A stretch of DNA of 64,000 bases from contig WQRI01000001.1 of assembly GCA_009786825.1 (NCBI GenBank), positions 15,266-79,265 of the forward strand, read 5' to 3'. A program made the translations under genes and the position numbers. Source of the stretch: Bacillota bacterium (lineage in GTDB: Bacteria; Bacillota; Clostridia; Christensenellales; WQRI01). The notes under the pieces are model-generated. The model was not told the origin of the DNA and did no database searches. It saw only the letters and a list, made by a program, of their open reading frames with translations. How positions within the stretch are numbered: position 1 is the first letter of the stretch; the number at the start of each line of letters is the position of its first letter. This document shows positions 1 through 9,317 of the stretch, piece after piece.

Positions 1-36
1 CCCTGCCATTCCAACTAAAACTATTACCTTTGCCAT
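1..36 (-). CDS. 5' end of a CDS leaving the left edge; the N-terminus MAKVIVLVGMAG looks like the beta1/P-loop start of a small kinase (shikimate-kinase-like guess)
   Basis: The reverse complement of 1-36 reads ATG GCA AAG GTA ATA GTT TTA GTT GGA ATG GCA GGG. It is absent from the ORF track because it is truncated. It lies directly downstream of aroQ on the same strand. Confidence 0.25.
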   Translation of the reverse strand, partial: MAKVIVLVGMAG

Positions 37-89
37 AACCCTTTACAAAAATTTTCTCGCGGTGCGAGTTTAGCGTTATTCGTGTGCCA

Positions 90-521
90 CTATTCGTTAT
101 TCATTAACTTGATAATGCGCTCTAGCGCTATAAAATACCCATTAACGCCCCTGCCGTAAACAAAGTCTTTGCATACATCTTTCAGCACATTAACTTGTCT
201 GAACGGCTCTCTTGCAGACACATCAGATATATGAACTTCAATTACAGGTATGCCAACACTTGCAATCGCGTCCCTAATAGCATAAGAATAATGCGACAAA
301 GCCCCCGCGTTTAAAACCAAAAAGTCGTCGCTACACGTATGAATAATGTTTATAATCTCGCCCTCAAAACTAGTTTGGTGAAAGGTTAAACTTAACCCCT
401 TCTCTTTAGCAAAATCTAAAAGCCTACCATTTAAAGACTCTAAACTCTCTCTTCCGTAAATCTCAATTTCCCGCTGTCCCAACAAATTTAAGTTAGGACC
501 ATTTAAAATCGTAACTCTCAT
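90..521 (-). CDS. aroQ: 3-dehydroquinate dehydratase, type II
   Basis: MRVTILNGPNLNLLGQREIEIYG ... VLNAGALSHYSYAIRDAI ... IEVHISDVSAREPFR matches type II DHQase hallmarks. The start was moved to the internal Met (the track ORF extends to 665). Confidence 0.9.
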   Translation of the reverse strand: MRVTILNGPNLNLLGQREIEIYGRESLESLNGRLLDFAKEKGLSLTFHQTSFEGEIINIIHTCSDDFLVLNAGALSHYSYAIRDAIASVGIPVIEVHISDVSAREPFRQVNVLKDVCKDFVYGRGVNGYFIALERIIKLMNNE

Positions 522-705
522 ACCCATAATTATATCACATACACAAGAAAAAAGCAACGCACTTGTTGCTTTAAAAAAAGTTTTTTCGCAAAATCTACTG
601 TGAAAATATTTTGGCATATCTGTAAACGCTTGACTTCTTGCGTAAATTTTTGTATCATAGAACAAAAGGTGGTCTCACCACTTCTGTAGTTTAAGGCTGA
701 AAAAT

Positions 706-1089
706 TTGTTAGCACAAATTAAAAAAATTATGGGTAAGAAAAAACGTATAAAACTTGAAGTTCCTGAAAATAAGCCTGAGAGTTGGGCTAGTTATGTTGA
801 GATGGGAAATAGGGCTTTGAATATGGCACCTGTTAGTTTTGTTATGGGGATAACCGCTTTGCTACTTAGTATATTTTTTATGCCGAGTGACGTTTTTGGC
901 GAGCAAGCCTTATACTTTGGCTTTGTGTTTTTGTCTGTTATAATAGGTTGGTTTGCCTTTATGTTTATACGCGTGCAACTTAAAATGAACAACACGTACA
1001 AGTTTAAGTATTTGGTTCTAGCACTAATTTTTGGTGGCTTTGCGCTGTCTATAGCAAGCGCAGTTGTATTTGTAGTTAATAGTCTATAA
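706..1089 (+). CDS. small integral membrane protein (about 3 TM helices), unknown function
   Basis: Hydrophobic segments ITALLLSIFFM, LYFGFVFLSVIIGWFAFMFI and LVLALIFGGFALSIASAVVFVV. The track start is a TTG; an ATG (MGKKKR) lies 24 nt downstream, so the start is uncertain. Confidence 0.5.
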   Translation: MLAQIKKIMGKKKRIKLEVPENKPESWASYVEMGNRALNMAPVSFVMGITALLLSIFFMPSDVFGEQALYFGFVFLSVIIGWFAFMFIRVQLKMNNTYKFKYLVLALIFGGFALSIASAVVFVVNSL

Positions 1090-1141
1090 GGCGCTTATAG
1101 CACAAAGCAAAATAAACAAATAATTATTAAAACAAATTGAT

Positions 1142-1167
1142 AAAGGGATAGCTTTGCTATCCCTTTT
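1142..1167. terminator. bidirectional hairpin terminator between convergent genes
   Basis: AAAGGGATAGC-TTTG-CTATCCCTTT with flanking A and T runs. Confidence 0.6.
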
Positions 1168-1199
1168 TGTAGTTTGTTGCTAGATTGCTGCACCAATTA

Positions 1200-1640
1200 C
1201 TACTGATTAACTGGCGTTGCTTGAGCCAGCCACTCTCTTGTGTAGTCTGGGTTTGTAGAACCGTCTATAAGGTCTGACTTTAGTGTCCAAAAGTCTGCAC
1301 CTGCTAAACTTATAAGTTGTGTTCCGTTTCTTTCATAACTTTGAAACGCGTTTATGTCCGGCGTTGGAAGACCCGACTTAGACTTATTCCCACCCTTGCT
1401 AAGCGCTGTAACTTCTGCAGCCGCGCCACCTGATGTTCCGCCAAATATCATACCGCCCGCGGCTACTGCTAGACCTGCCATTGCTGTGCCTGCGGCTATC
1501 CATTTGGCTGCGTTCCTACTGCCGCCTTCAATGTCTTGCATTTCTGCCGTGTCTGTTTCTTGACCTATTTCTGGTAGAACTAGGTTTTCTGTTTGATTTT
1601 CTGACTGGCTTTTGTTGCCCTTGTTAATTTTGTTACTCAT
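1200..1640 (-). CDS. double-glycine-leader secreted protein (outlier copy); Gly/Ala-rich hydrophobic segment followed by a soluble domain
   Basis: The leader ...NLVLPEIGQETDTAEMQDIEGG|S is the same motif as the 7.5-13.8 kb array. The SD AAGGGGAAAA lies upstream. After GG comes WIAAGTAMAGLAVAAGGMIFGGTSGGAAA. Confidence 0.7.
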   Translation of the reverse strand: MSNKINKGNKSQSENQTENLVLPEIGQETDTAEMQDIEGGSRNAAKWIAAGTAMAGLAVAAGGMIFGGTSGGAAAEVTALSKGGNKSKSGLPTPDINAFQSYERNGTQLISLAGADFWTLKSDLIDGSTNPDYTREWLAQATPVNQ

Positions 1641-1806
1641 TTGCTTTTCCCCTTTTTTTGTTTTTTTGTGAATATTGTTACATATATATTAACACAAAGT
1701 TAAGAAAAAAGCAAGCGTTTTAACAAAATTTATTTAAAAAATTTTACAGCACTAGTTCGCTTAGTACGGCAAATATTAATACACCCAAAACGAGTAGAGC
1801 CTAAAA

Positions 1807-3312
1807 CTAATAGGCTTTAGCAAAAATTACAACCGTTACTGCTGGCTTTCCACAAATAGCGCAAGCCTTTTTTGGTTTAAATTTTTTGTCTAGCGCAATA
1901 TCTAGCGGAATTGCACGCGCCGAAGCCGCGTATTTTTGCTTTACAACTTCTTCGCACGCATTTAGCCCACACCAATTTGTTTTTGCAAACTGACCGCTTT
2001 CTACCGCCCCACCTAATTTTTCTAGCGTGTCTACTTCTATTGTTTTTTTGCTAAGCAAGTTTTTGTTTTGTGTATATAAAAAGTTTTGTACTTCTTTTAG
2101 TGCTTTGCTAACTTGTGTGGCTGCCTTGCTTAGCGGTATAATCTTTTTCTCTTTTTTTGGCTTGTCATCTTTTTCAGTCTTACCTTTATTGCCTTTGTCG
2201 CCTTGTTGTATGCTTTTTTCGCATACACCCCCTATCCTTTTAACTAAAACAAACTGCCCATTTTCTATATCTTTCGGACCTAACTCTATTCTAATCGGTA
2301 TGCCTAGCATTTCTGCTTGCGCAAATTTAAAGCCCGGCGTATTATCTGAAAAGTCGGCATCTGCCCTTATCCCCTTTTTAACAAGCGTTTCTACCAACTC
2401 GGCGCATTTTTCTTTAACGCCTTCTTTATGGCTTGCAACTGGTATAACCCTTACTTGCAAAGGCGCGACATTTGGCGGTAGCACAAGCCCGTTATCATCT
2501 GAGTGCGCCATTATAAGCGCGCCCATCATTCTAGTGCTTACCCCCCAACTTGTTTGGTGCGGATACTCGTGCTTGTTCGCTCTCGATAAATACTTTATAT
2601 CAAACGGCACGGAAAAATTTTGCGCCAAATAGTGCGATGTACCCGACTGAAGCGCCTTGCCATCTTGAGTTATGGTCTCTATAGTATAACTTGTGTGCGC
2701 ACCCGCAAATTTTTCCGACTCTGTTTTCTGCCCATAAAGCGCATCTATTGCCAAAATTTCTTTAAAAAAGTCTACATACACTTCAAGCATATCTAGCGTA
2801 TGCTTCTCTGCTTCGGTCTGCGACTCGTGAAGCGTATGCCCTTCTTGCCACAAAAACTCTGTTGTGCGCAAAAACGGACGCGTCGTTTTTTCCATTCTAA
2901 CAACATTAGCCCATTGGTTTATTAAAATTGGCAAATCTTTATAACTGTTAAGCCACTTAGCAAACGCGAAGCAAATAACAGTTTCTGAAGTTGGGCGAAC
3001 CGCCAAAGGCTCTGCTAGTTTCTCGTCACCCACGTGGGTCACAAGCGCAAGTTCTGGCGCAAAACCTTCTATGTGCTTTGCCTCTTTATCTATAAAACTT
3101 TTTGGGATAAACAGCGGAAAGTAAGCATTTTTATGCCCCTTTGCTTTTATGCGCCTATCAAGTTCTGCCCTTATAATCTCCCAAATCTCATAGCCGTAGG
3201 GTCTGATTATCATCGTACCCTTAACCGGACCATAATCTACAAGTTCTGTTTTTATTACTACATCTGTATACCAACGAGCAAAATCGTCAGCACGTTTTGT
3301 TATTTCTCTCAC
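1807..3312 (-). CDS. proS: proline--tRNA ligase (archaeal/eukaryotic-type class II)
   Basis: DDFARWYTDVVIKTELVDYGPVKGTMIIRPYGYEIWE, FLRTTEFLWQEGHT and SWGVSTR motifs. Start set to the GTG at 3312, 5 nt after AAAGGAG; the ATG at 3336 has no SD. There is a Lys-rich insertion (GDKGNKGKTEKDDKPKKEKK). Confidence 0.88.
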   Translation of the reverse strand: MREITKRADDFARWYTDVVIKTELVDYGPVKGTMIIRPYGYEIWEIIRAELDRRIKAKGHKNAYFPLFIPKSFIDKEAKHIEGFAPELALVTHVGDEKLAEPLAVRPTSETVICFAFAKWLNSYKDLPILINQWANVVRMEKTTRPFLRTTEFLWQEGHTLHESQTEAEKHTLDMLEVYVDFFKEILAIDALYGQKTESEKFAGAHTSYTIETITQDGKALQSGTSHYLAQNFSVPFDIKYLSRANKHEYPHQTSWGVSTRMMGALIMAHSDDNGLVLPPNVAPLQVRVIPVASHKEGVKEKCAELVETLVKKGIRADADFSDNTPGFKFAQAEMLGIPIRIELGPKDIENGQFVLVKRIGGVCEKSIQQGDKGNKGKTEKDDKPKKEKKIIPLSKAATQVSKALKEVQNFLYTQNKNLLSKKTIEVDTLEKLGGAVESGQFAKTNWCGLNACEEVVKQKYAASARAIPLDIALDKKFKPKKACAICGKPAVTVVIFAKAY

Positions 3313-3334
3313 GAAAACTCCTTTTTCAATTAAC

Positions 3335-3484
3335 ATTGAACACTGAATATTGAACAATGGCTTAGCCCCTTAATACAGAAACTTTTGAACAGCCAGAATT
3401 TAAATTTCAATGCAGTTTGCAAATAAACTTTGCTCGCGCTAGCGTGTAACAATTGTTCAGTATTCAATGTTAAGTGTTCAATTA
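3335..3484. repeat. intergenic hairpin element (core family), ATTGAACA arm flavour
   Basis: The arms ATTGAACACTGAATATTGAACAATGG and CAATTGTTCAGTATTCAATGTTAAGTGTTCAAT are inverted. The core holds TTGAACAGCC ... TTTGCAAA ... TTGCTCGCGCTAGCGTGTAAC. Confidence 0.75.
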
Positions 3485-6400
3485 TCAAACTGCATTTGCT
3501 AGTGCCAAAACAACTTGGTTAAATTCGTCGTCTGATAGCATTTGCAACTCTTTTCTTTGTCTGCCTTTAAAGTTATCTACTATGCGCAGTATATTATCTT
3601 GCGCTTCGAGTTCGTACCTGCCACTTGTAGACTTTACTAGCCTGCTTGTTGCTTTGTTTATAATTGTGTTAAGGCGCGCTGGTGATATTTGTTTGTCTAG
3701 CGCACCATTTTTAAGCGCCTTGTAAAGTTGCGCTGTAATCTCGCCATCTTTAGCAATTTGGTCTGATTCTGCCTTTATCTCGGCTAGCCTATCCGACGTC
3801 TTTTTAGCATCTGCAATTTGTTGCTTAAGCGACTCTACATCTAGTTTTGCTTGTATAATCTCGTCCGTTGTAGCCGTAATATTATACACAAGCCTATCTA
3901 ACTCTTTGCTCTCAATCGCTTTGCCGCGCTTGTTAGGCTTAAGGCTGTCTAACTTAGACTTAACAACCGCCGTCTCAATTTTGTGGCTTTCTATATCTTT
4001 GTTAAGCGCCCTAAGTTCTGCTTGCGATATTATAAAATCTTGTATGCTTTCTATATCCTCAAAGCCCTCGTCCTTTGCCCTTGTTTCTATCTCGCTCTCT
4101 AGCGCTATTAACTCGGCTTCTTTACGCGCTAGGTCTGCCGTGTTAAGCCTTAGTTTTTCGGCTTCTTTCAAGTATGCGTTTTCTGCCTTTGCCCTATCAT
4201 CTTTAAGTTTATTTTCTTTCTCGCTGTTTTTGGTTAGCGTATTTGTTATTGTGATTATCTCTGCGTGTGGTTGTTTGCCCATTATGCCTAGGTTGCGCTT
4301 AAGCACCTGAATCTCATCTATAACAGCCGCCGCTTGCTCGCCGTGCTTTTTTATGTTAGCAAGCTCTAACGCACACTCTGATATGTGGTTGTCGTTTTTA
4401 GCAATATCCAAAAGCAGTTTAGCCCTTAAATCTTCTTGCTCTTTTATTTTGGCTTCTATATCGAAGCGCTGACGCTCAGACTTCTTTATAAGAATATCTG
4501 CATCTTTAGCCGTGCCACCACCAAGCGCATCTGCATACTTATAATACTGCATATTAATCTGCGCGATGTCTGCGTTAAGTTGGCGCGATATTGTAGAGTT
4601 TGTGAATAACTCTTTATTTAAACTGTCTAGTTTTGTCCAGCGCTCTAGGTGGTTTTTCTCGTTTATATGAAGTTCGTTTTTAAGCGCAACGTAAGATGCC
4701 ACAAGGCTTTCTAGTTTTTCTACGCGCTCTGAATACATCTTAAGCGCTTCGTACATCTGCTCTGTATCGCCACCAATGTGCGACCACTTTGTAAGTAGGT
4801 TGTCGCGCTCTAATTCTTTTGCGCTTATAAGCGTTAGGTTGTTGTCTATTTGCCTTTTGTTTTCTTCAGAGCGCGCGGTAAGGGACGCAAACTTCTTTAT
4901 TGCGGCTTCTTTCTTGTGCTGAGTTTGTGATATTTGCGTGCGTAAGTCTTGCAACTCGCTGTCAAACGCTTCAAGCGGTATCATATGCTGTCTTACCGGA
5001 TTTTTTTGAAGCATAGTGCTACACACGGGACAACTATCGCCCTCGTTTAAATTTGCTGTGCGTATAGCAAAAGAATTTTTCTGTAAATAGTCTTCGCGCT
5101 GCATCAACTTAAAGGTAAGTTGTTCTTCTAGCCTTGCTATTGCCGAAGTTGCCGCTTTGTCTTCATCTAACATATCTAGTATTGTGTTAGAGCGCATATC
5201 TATTTTTTCTAGAAGTTTTTCGTTTTGCGAAGTTGTTAGTGCAATTGCATCATTTAGTATTTTAACTGTTGCAATTGCTTTTTCCATTTCGTAAGCCTCT
5301 TTTTGAGCGTTGGTTAATACTATGTGGCGGTCTGCTTTTTCATCTATGTCGTAGAGTTTTTCTATGGCGCTGTCTACGCGGGACAGGTCTGCTTCTATGC
5401 GCTTTACAACTGTTTTAATGGTGTCTATCTCTCTTGTTAGAGAGTTTCTCTGAGCGCCGCGCTTTACATCTTGCGCCTCTATTGCTTTTAGTTGAGCCTC
5501 TAAGTTGTCGCGCTTAATCTCTAACTCCCAAGCCCTTTTAATAGCCTCCATTATCTGCGGTGAGACAACAACCCTATTGTGCGCCGACCTAAGTTCTTTT
5601 AAATAGCGCTCTGACGCGTCTTTAAGTCGTCCGTACTCTGCACGGTTTTTTAACAGCCTTTCGTACTCGGCTTCTTTGTTAGCAAAATCTTTCAGTAAGT
5701 CTTGTCGCCTTTTTAAGTTTATTGCTTCTACTTCTAGGCGCGGAATAAAGTTTTGTATGTGCGCTTTTCTCTCAATTAACTCTATGCTAGTTTGTTTAAG
5801 TTGAGCCTCTCTTTCTAATATTGCTTCGTTTGCTTCTTCCAAGTTTTTTAGCAGTCCATCAAGTTTACTGCCCGCCTCGCTTGATGCTAGCCTATCTTTT
5901 AGCACAGCCCCGCGTAGTTTTTGTAGCCTTTTGCTTAGCGGTGTTAAACTTAAAGCAGCCCTTGCAAGTTTCAGTTTGTCTTCTTTGTCTGTAATATACT
6001 GCCCTTCGTACTCTAATTCTACTTGCCTTTGCGTTAGAATGTCGTAGTTTTCTGTATCTAGCAAAAAACTATTTGCTTTGGTTTTTTCTAAGTCTGCTAA
6101 TTTGCCTTTAAGCGTGCTAACTTCTTTCTCTCTCTCTTTTAGACCACGCTCTAGCGTCCCAATATTTAAAATAGAAAAAGCAGACAAAGCCTTCATCTCA
6201 CCCTCTAACATTGCCTTTTCTGTTTCTTTTTTTAGCATTTTGTCTAGCACATCTGCGCTAAACTCTGACGCGGTTATATTTAGTAGCGTAGCAAGCGTAA
6301 GGCTATCTGCGCCCGCACTCGCACCGATGTTCGCCCCGATATTCGCTTTGTTGTCCGCCCTGTTTTTTTCCCCTACAATGTTTTCTTTACTTTGAACTTT

Positions 6401-7213
6401 CATTTTGTTTGCCTCACCCATTGTATTTACTAGGCTAATATAATTTTTTGTATTGTTTTGTTTGTTTTGTTGGCTCGCTGTAGCATTCTGAGCGTTTTGC
6501 TGTTGCTCTATCTGTTGCCCCTGTGCTTGCTCTATTTGTTGCCCTAACTGTGTTTGTTGCTCTGAGATTGCTTTGTCGTGGTTTTCTTTAATCTCGCTCA
6601 TTCTTTTTTGAAGTTGCTCTAGCGTTGTGTTTTGCTTGCTTTGCACTTCGTTTTGCTGTTCGCTCTGTTGCTCGTTTTGCTGTAGCCCTTGTTGCCCCGC
6701 TTGTTGTCCCCCGTGATGTCCGCCTTGCTGTTCGCTTTGCTGTATGCCTTGTTGCCCCAATTGCTGTGTGCTTTTTTGCCTTTCTTCGTTTATATAATTT
6801 TTAAACTGCTCTCTCGTTTTTCCCAAAACATTTTTTATATACTGGCTTACAAGGCTAGAAGTATTTGCAAGCATAATTCTGCCGTTTTGTTTAATCTCAA
6901 AAAGTTCTGCCCCATACAGCTCGTTTGCCTTTGTTTCGTTTTTCTTTGCCCTGAATATTCGCTCTACCAAAAATGTATATTTGGGTTGCATATGTTGGTC
7001 TGTAACCGAAAAAGTAAAACTAACCCTTGCCGTTTTAGAGCCAGCCTTTACCAAAGTATCTACATCTATCTCGGGCTTCAAGCCATAAAGCGCAAGTTCT
7101 ACACAATTTATAATGCCTTGCGAGAATTCTACAATTCCGCCGTCTCCAAACTCTATTACTTGCTTGCCCTCAAAGCCCACAAGCCCATCTGTTTCTAACC
7201 TCAAACTTCTCAT
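3485..7213 (-). CDS. SbcC/Rad50-like long coiled-coil protein with a CxxC zinc hook and a degenerate ATPase head
   Basis: The N-terminus MRSLRLETDGLVGFEGKQVIEF..GIVEFSQGIINCVELALYG aligns to the SbcC head, but the GPxGxGKT Walker A is missing. A central DSCPVCST hook is flanked by about 1000 aa of heptad-like sequence. The C-terminus ends at LSDDEFNQVVLALANAV (signature-like), with no Walker B or H-loop. There is a Gln-rich tract near the N-terminus. Confidence 0.65.
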   Translation of the reverse strand: MRSLRLETDGLVGFEGKQVIEFGDGGIVEFSQGIINCVELALYGLKPEIDVDTLVKAGSKTARVSFTFSVTDQHMQPKYTFLVERIFRAKKNETKANELYGAELFEIKQNGRIMLANTSSLVSQYIKNVLGKTREQFKNYINEERQKSTQQLGQQGIQQSEQQGGHHGGQQAGQQGLQQNEQQSEQQNEVQSKQNTTLEQLQKRMSEIKENHDKAISEQQTQLGQQIEQAQGQQIEQQQNAQNATASQQNKQNNTKNYISLVNTMGEANKMKVQSKENIVGEKNRADNKANIGANIGASAGADSLTLATLLNITASEFSADVLDKMLKKETEKAMLEGEMKALSAFSILNIGTLERGLKEREKEVSTLKGKLADLEKTKANSFLLDTENYDILTQRQVELEYEGQYITDKEDKLKLARAALSLTPLSKRLQKLRGAVLKDRLASSEAGSKLDGLLKNLEEANEAILEREAQLKQTSIELIERKAHIQNFIPRLEVEAINLKRRQDLLKDFANKEAEYERLLKNRAEYGRLKDASERYLKELRSAHNRVVVSPQIMEAIKRAWELEIKRDNLEAQLKAIEAQDVKRGAQRNSLTREIDTIKTVVKRIEADLSRVDSAIEKLYDIDEKADRHIVLTNAQKEAYEMEKAIATVKILNDAIALTTSQNEKLLEKIDMRSNTILDMLDEDKAATSAIARLEEQLTFKLMQREDYLQKNSFAIRTANLNEGDSCPVCSTMLQKNPVRQHMIPLEAFDSELQDLRTQISQTQHKKEAAIKKFASLTARSEENKRQIDNNLTLISAKELERDNLLTKWSHIGGDTEQMYEALKMYSERVEKLESLVASYVALKNELHINEKNHLERWTKLDSLNKELFTNSTISRQLNADIAQINMQYYKYADALGGGTAKDADILIKKSERQRFDIEAKIKEQEDLRAKLLLDIAKNDNHISECALELANIKKHGEQAAAVIDEIQVLKRNLGIMGKQPHAEIITITNTLTKNSEKENKLKDDRAKAENAYLKEAEKLRLNTADLARKEAELIALESEIETRAKDEGFEDIESIQDFIISQAELRALNKDIESHKIETAVVKSKLDSLKPNKRGKAIESKELDRLVYNITATTDEIIQAKLDVESLKQQIADAKKTSDRLAEIKAESDQIAKDGEITAQLYKALKNGALDKQISPARLNTIINKATSRLVKSTSGRYELEAQDNILRIVDNFKGRQRKELQMLSDDEFNQVVLALANAV

Positions 7214-7350
7214 TCGACACTCGCCGTGTCGGGCTGTTAAGTTTGCTTAGCCCGACTATTTATGTTTTCTGTTCCGTGACATAGTTGATTTTTTTCTATG
7301 TATTTATACATTATACATTAAACCAAAAAAAAAATCAAGCAAACAACCAA

Positions 7351-7386
7351 AAAAGGTTTTTTGAAAATTTTTTCAAAAAACCTTTT
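7351..7386. repeat. perfect 17-bp-stem A/T-rich hairpin
   Basis: AAAAGGTTTTTTGAAAA-TT-TTTTCAAAAAACCTTTT. The word flavour is similar to the hairpins at 57475-57504 and 60255-60292. Confidence 0.7.
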
Positions 7387-7518
7387 GTTTTGTCTTTTTA
7401 AAACTCTTTGCTAATTTTCGCTTCGCTAGACCCTTCACTTCGTTCAGGGTGACTACTTAAAATCTTTTACCGCACAAGCGGTCGTAACCATTTAACATTT
7501 AAAACTTAACATTTAAAA

Positions 7519-8244
7519 TTAATAATTCGTATTAATTCTAATATTCGACATTATCCTTAGGTTGTCTATTACAAGTGTTGGTTGAGTTGGTTGTTCTATT
7601 ACTGGTGGTAAGTAGCCCTCACCGTACCCTACAAACTCGCGCGGTTGCGGTGTTATATACGGCTGAGTAATTGGCATACCATCTATTCGCCCGCCGATGT
7701 CTTGCACTTGTTGCGCCATATCTATCATCTGATGTTGAAGCACGCTTACGCTTTCTTGCAACTGTGCTATGTCATTCATCATTGTGTTTATTACGCTTGC
7801 AGACACCCCGTTTTCTACAGAGTTTTCTATTGCCCTTTCTATAACAAGCATTCTGCTCTCTAGTCCCCTTAAATGATATATCTCTTCAGCAGACAAGCCT
7901 TGCCCCGCCGGACCCGCCGGTCCTTGTGGACCCTGCAAGCCTTGAGCGCCCTGTGGCCCTTGCGGACCTTGCGCGCCAGTAGCCCCGTCCGCACCTATTG
8001 CACGCCTACCAGTATTTTGGTCACCAAACCACCAATAGCCCCTATCACAAATGTGCGGCGTTATGCCGTCTGTAACCTGCCCTAAAGTACGCAGCGCCGC
8101 ATCTATTGCGTTTATTCTGTCTAGCAAATATTGCGGACCAACAAGACCCGGACCTATAGTAGACCCACCCTCTATAGTTTGCATCTCGTACTTGTTCATT
8201 TCGCCGCCACTTATTGGCACTATTAAACTTTTTTCGTTATTCAT
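7519..8244 (-). CDS. double-glycine-leader protein with a collagen-like GXY tract and a coiled-coil C-terminal region
   Basis: Leader MNNEKSLIVPISGGEMNKYEMQTIEGG|S. There are 11 GXY triplets (GADGATGAQGPQGPQGAQGLQGPQGPAGPAGQG, nt 7897-7995), preceded by GYWWFGDQNTG. The SD is AAAGGGGA. Confidence 0.8.
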   Translation of the reverse strand: MNNEKSLIVPISGGEMNKYEMQTIEGGSTIGPGLVGPQYLLDRINAIDAALRTLGQVTDGITPHICDRGYWWFGDQNTGRRAIGADGATGAQGPQGPQGAQGLQGPQGPAGPAGQGLSAEEIYHLRGLESRMLVIERAIENSVENGVSASVINTMMNDIAQLQESVSVLQHQMIDMAQQVQDIGGRIDGMPITQPYITPQPREFVGYGEGYLPPVIEQPTQPTLVIDNLRIMSNIRINTNY

Positions 8245-8315
8245 AGCCTAATCCCCTTTATAGTTATTTGTTATTTTTCTGATTTATTACTTAACAAGCT
8301 TATCCGTTGTAGCCG

Positions 8316-8696
8316 TTACCCGTTGTAGCCATTGTAAAATATATCCCCGTGTATTATGCTGTTGTTGTCGCCCCTAAGCCAGCCTGCATCTATAAGTTCT
8401 TGCAACGCCCTATCACCCTCTGGGCTAAACCTACGGCGCACTTCGCCCGGTTGCTCTCTTTCTAATAGTCTAAAATTGCCCATATCAAAACCCGGCGGTG
8501 TCGCTACCGGCGTACCCGCTCGCCCGCCTAGCAATCTGTAAAGCCCTTCACCCGCAAGCATACCTAGGCTTCCAATTGCAAGCCCGCCCGCAATTATCAA
8601 GCCAGTAGCAAGCGCGCCACCTTCTATATACTGAATTTCATTTTCGTTTGTTTGTATGCCCCCCGTTGGCAATACTAACCCTTTGTTTTGTGTCAT
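8316..8696 (-). CDS. double-glycine-leader protein; GxxxG-rich hydrophobic helix plus a soluble tail
   Basis: Leader MTQNKGLVLPTGGIQTNENEIQYIEGG|A, then LATGLIIAGGLAIGSLGMLAGEG. The SD is GGGGGGA. Confidence 0.8.
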   Translation of the reverse strand: MTQNKGLVLPTGGIQTNENEIQYIEGGALATGLIIAGGLAIGSLGMLAGEGLYRLLGGRAGTPVATPPGFDMGNFRLLEREQPGEVRRRFSPEGDRALQELIDAGWLRGDNNSIIHGDIFYNGYNG

Positions 8697-8835
8697 AAAT
8701 CTATTCCCCCCGATGTAGTTTCATATTAAATATTTCTTTTCTGTTCCTTCTTTTCTGCCAAAGCCACAACTCACCATTAATGTTCTAAGTTATGTTGAGA
8801 CTGGTCGCTTATCCCTGAACGCTGACCCCTACCCT

Positions 8836-9261
8836 TTAGGGATAAGCTATACTTGTCCCCGGTAGTGCTGCGCGCATTACATTTGTTGCAGAGCGCGAGT
8901 CCATAACCACACGGCTTCCGCCACCCGCATTACAAGTTGTTATTCCGCCCCCGCCCGTAGCCCTTAAAACTTGTATAGGTTTTATGGTTAAAGAATATGT
9001 GTCTGCCGGCGCGTGATAAGGCAGTAAGTGTTGTAGGCTGTTTCCGCGAAGCGCGTCCGCTAAGCTGCCCCCATAAGTAGAAATCGTAACAGACTGCCAG
9101 CCATTTGCACCGCCAACCCTTTTTACATTAACACCCGTAGGCGCTAAACTAAATATGGCGTTAAACAGTTCTGCAGAGCCACCGCCCGTTAAGTACTGCG
9201 CCTCACACTCACTTACTTGCCGCCCGCTTGGCAAAATTAACCTTGTTTGTACTTTATCCAT
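8836..9261 (-). CDS. double-glycine-leader protein, cargo family 2
   Basis: Leader MDKVQTRLILPSGRQVSECEAQYLTGGG|S. The cargo shares L.Q/ALRG..L..L and other blocks with the genes at 9901 and 10988. Confidence 0.8.
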   Translation of the reverse strand: MDKVQTRLILPSGRQVSECEAQYLTGGGSAELFNAIFSLAPTGVNVKRVGGANGWQSVTISTYGGSLADALRGNSLQHLLPYHAPADTYSLTIKPIQVLRATGGGGITTCNAGGGSRVVMDSRSATNVMRAALPGTSIAYP

Positions 9262-9317
9262 TTTAAAATTCCCCTTCCGTTTTGTATCTCTTATCTTTTA
9301 TCTTTTATATTTCTCTC

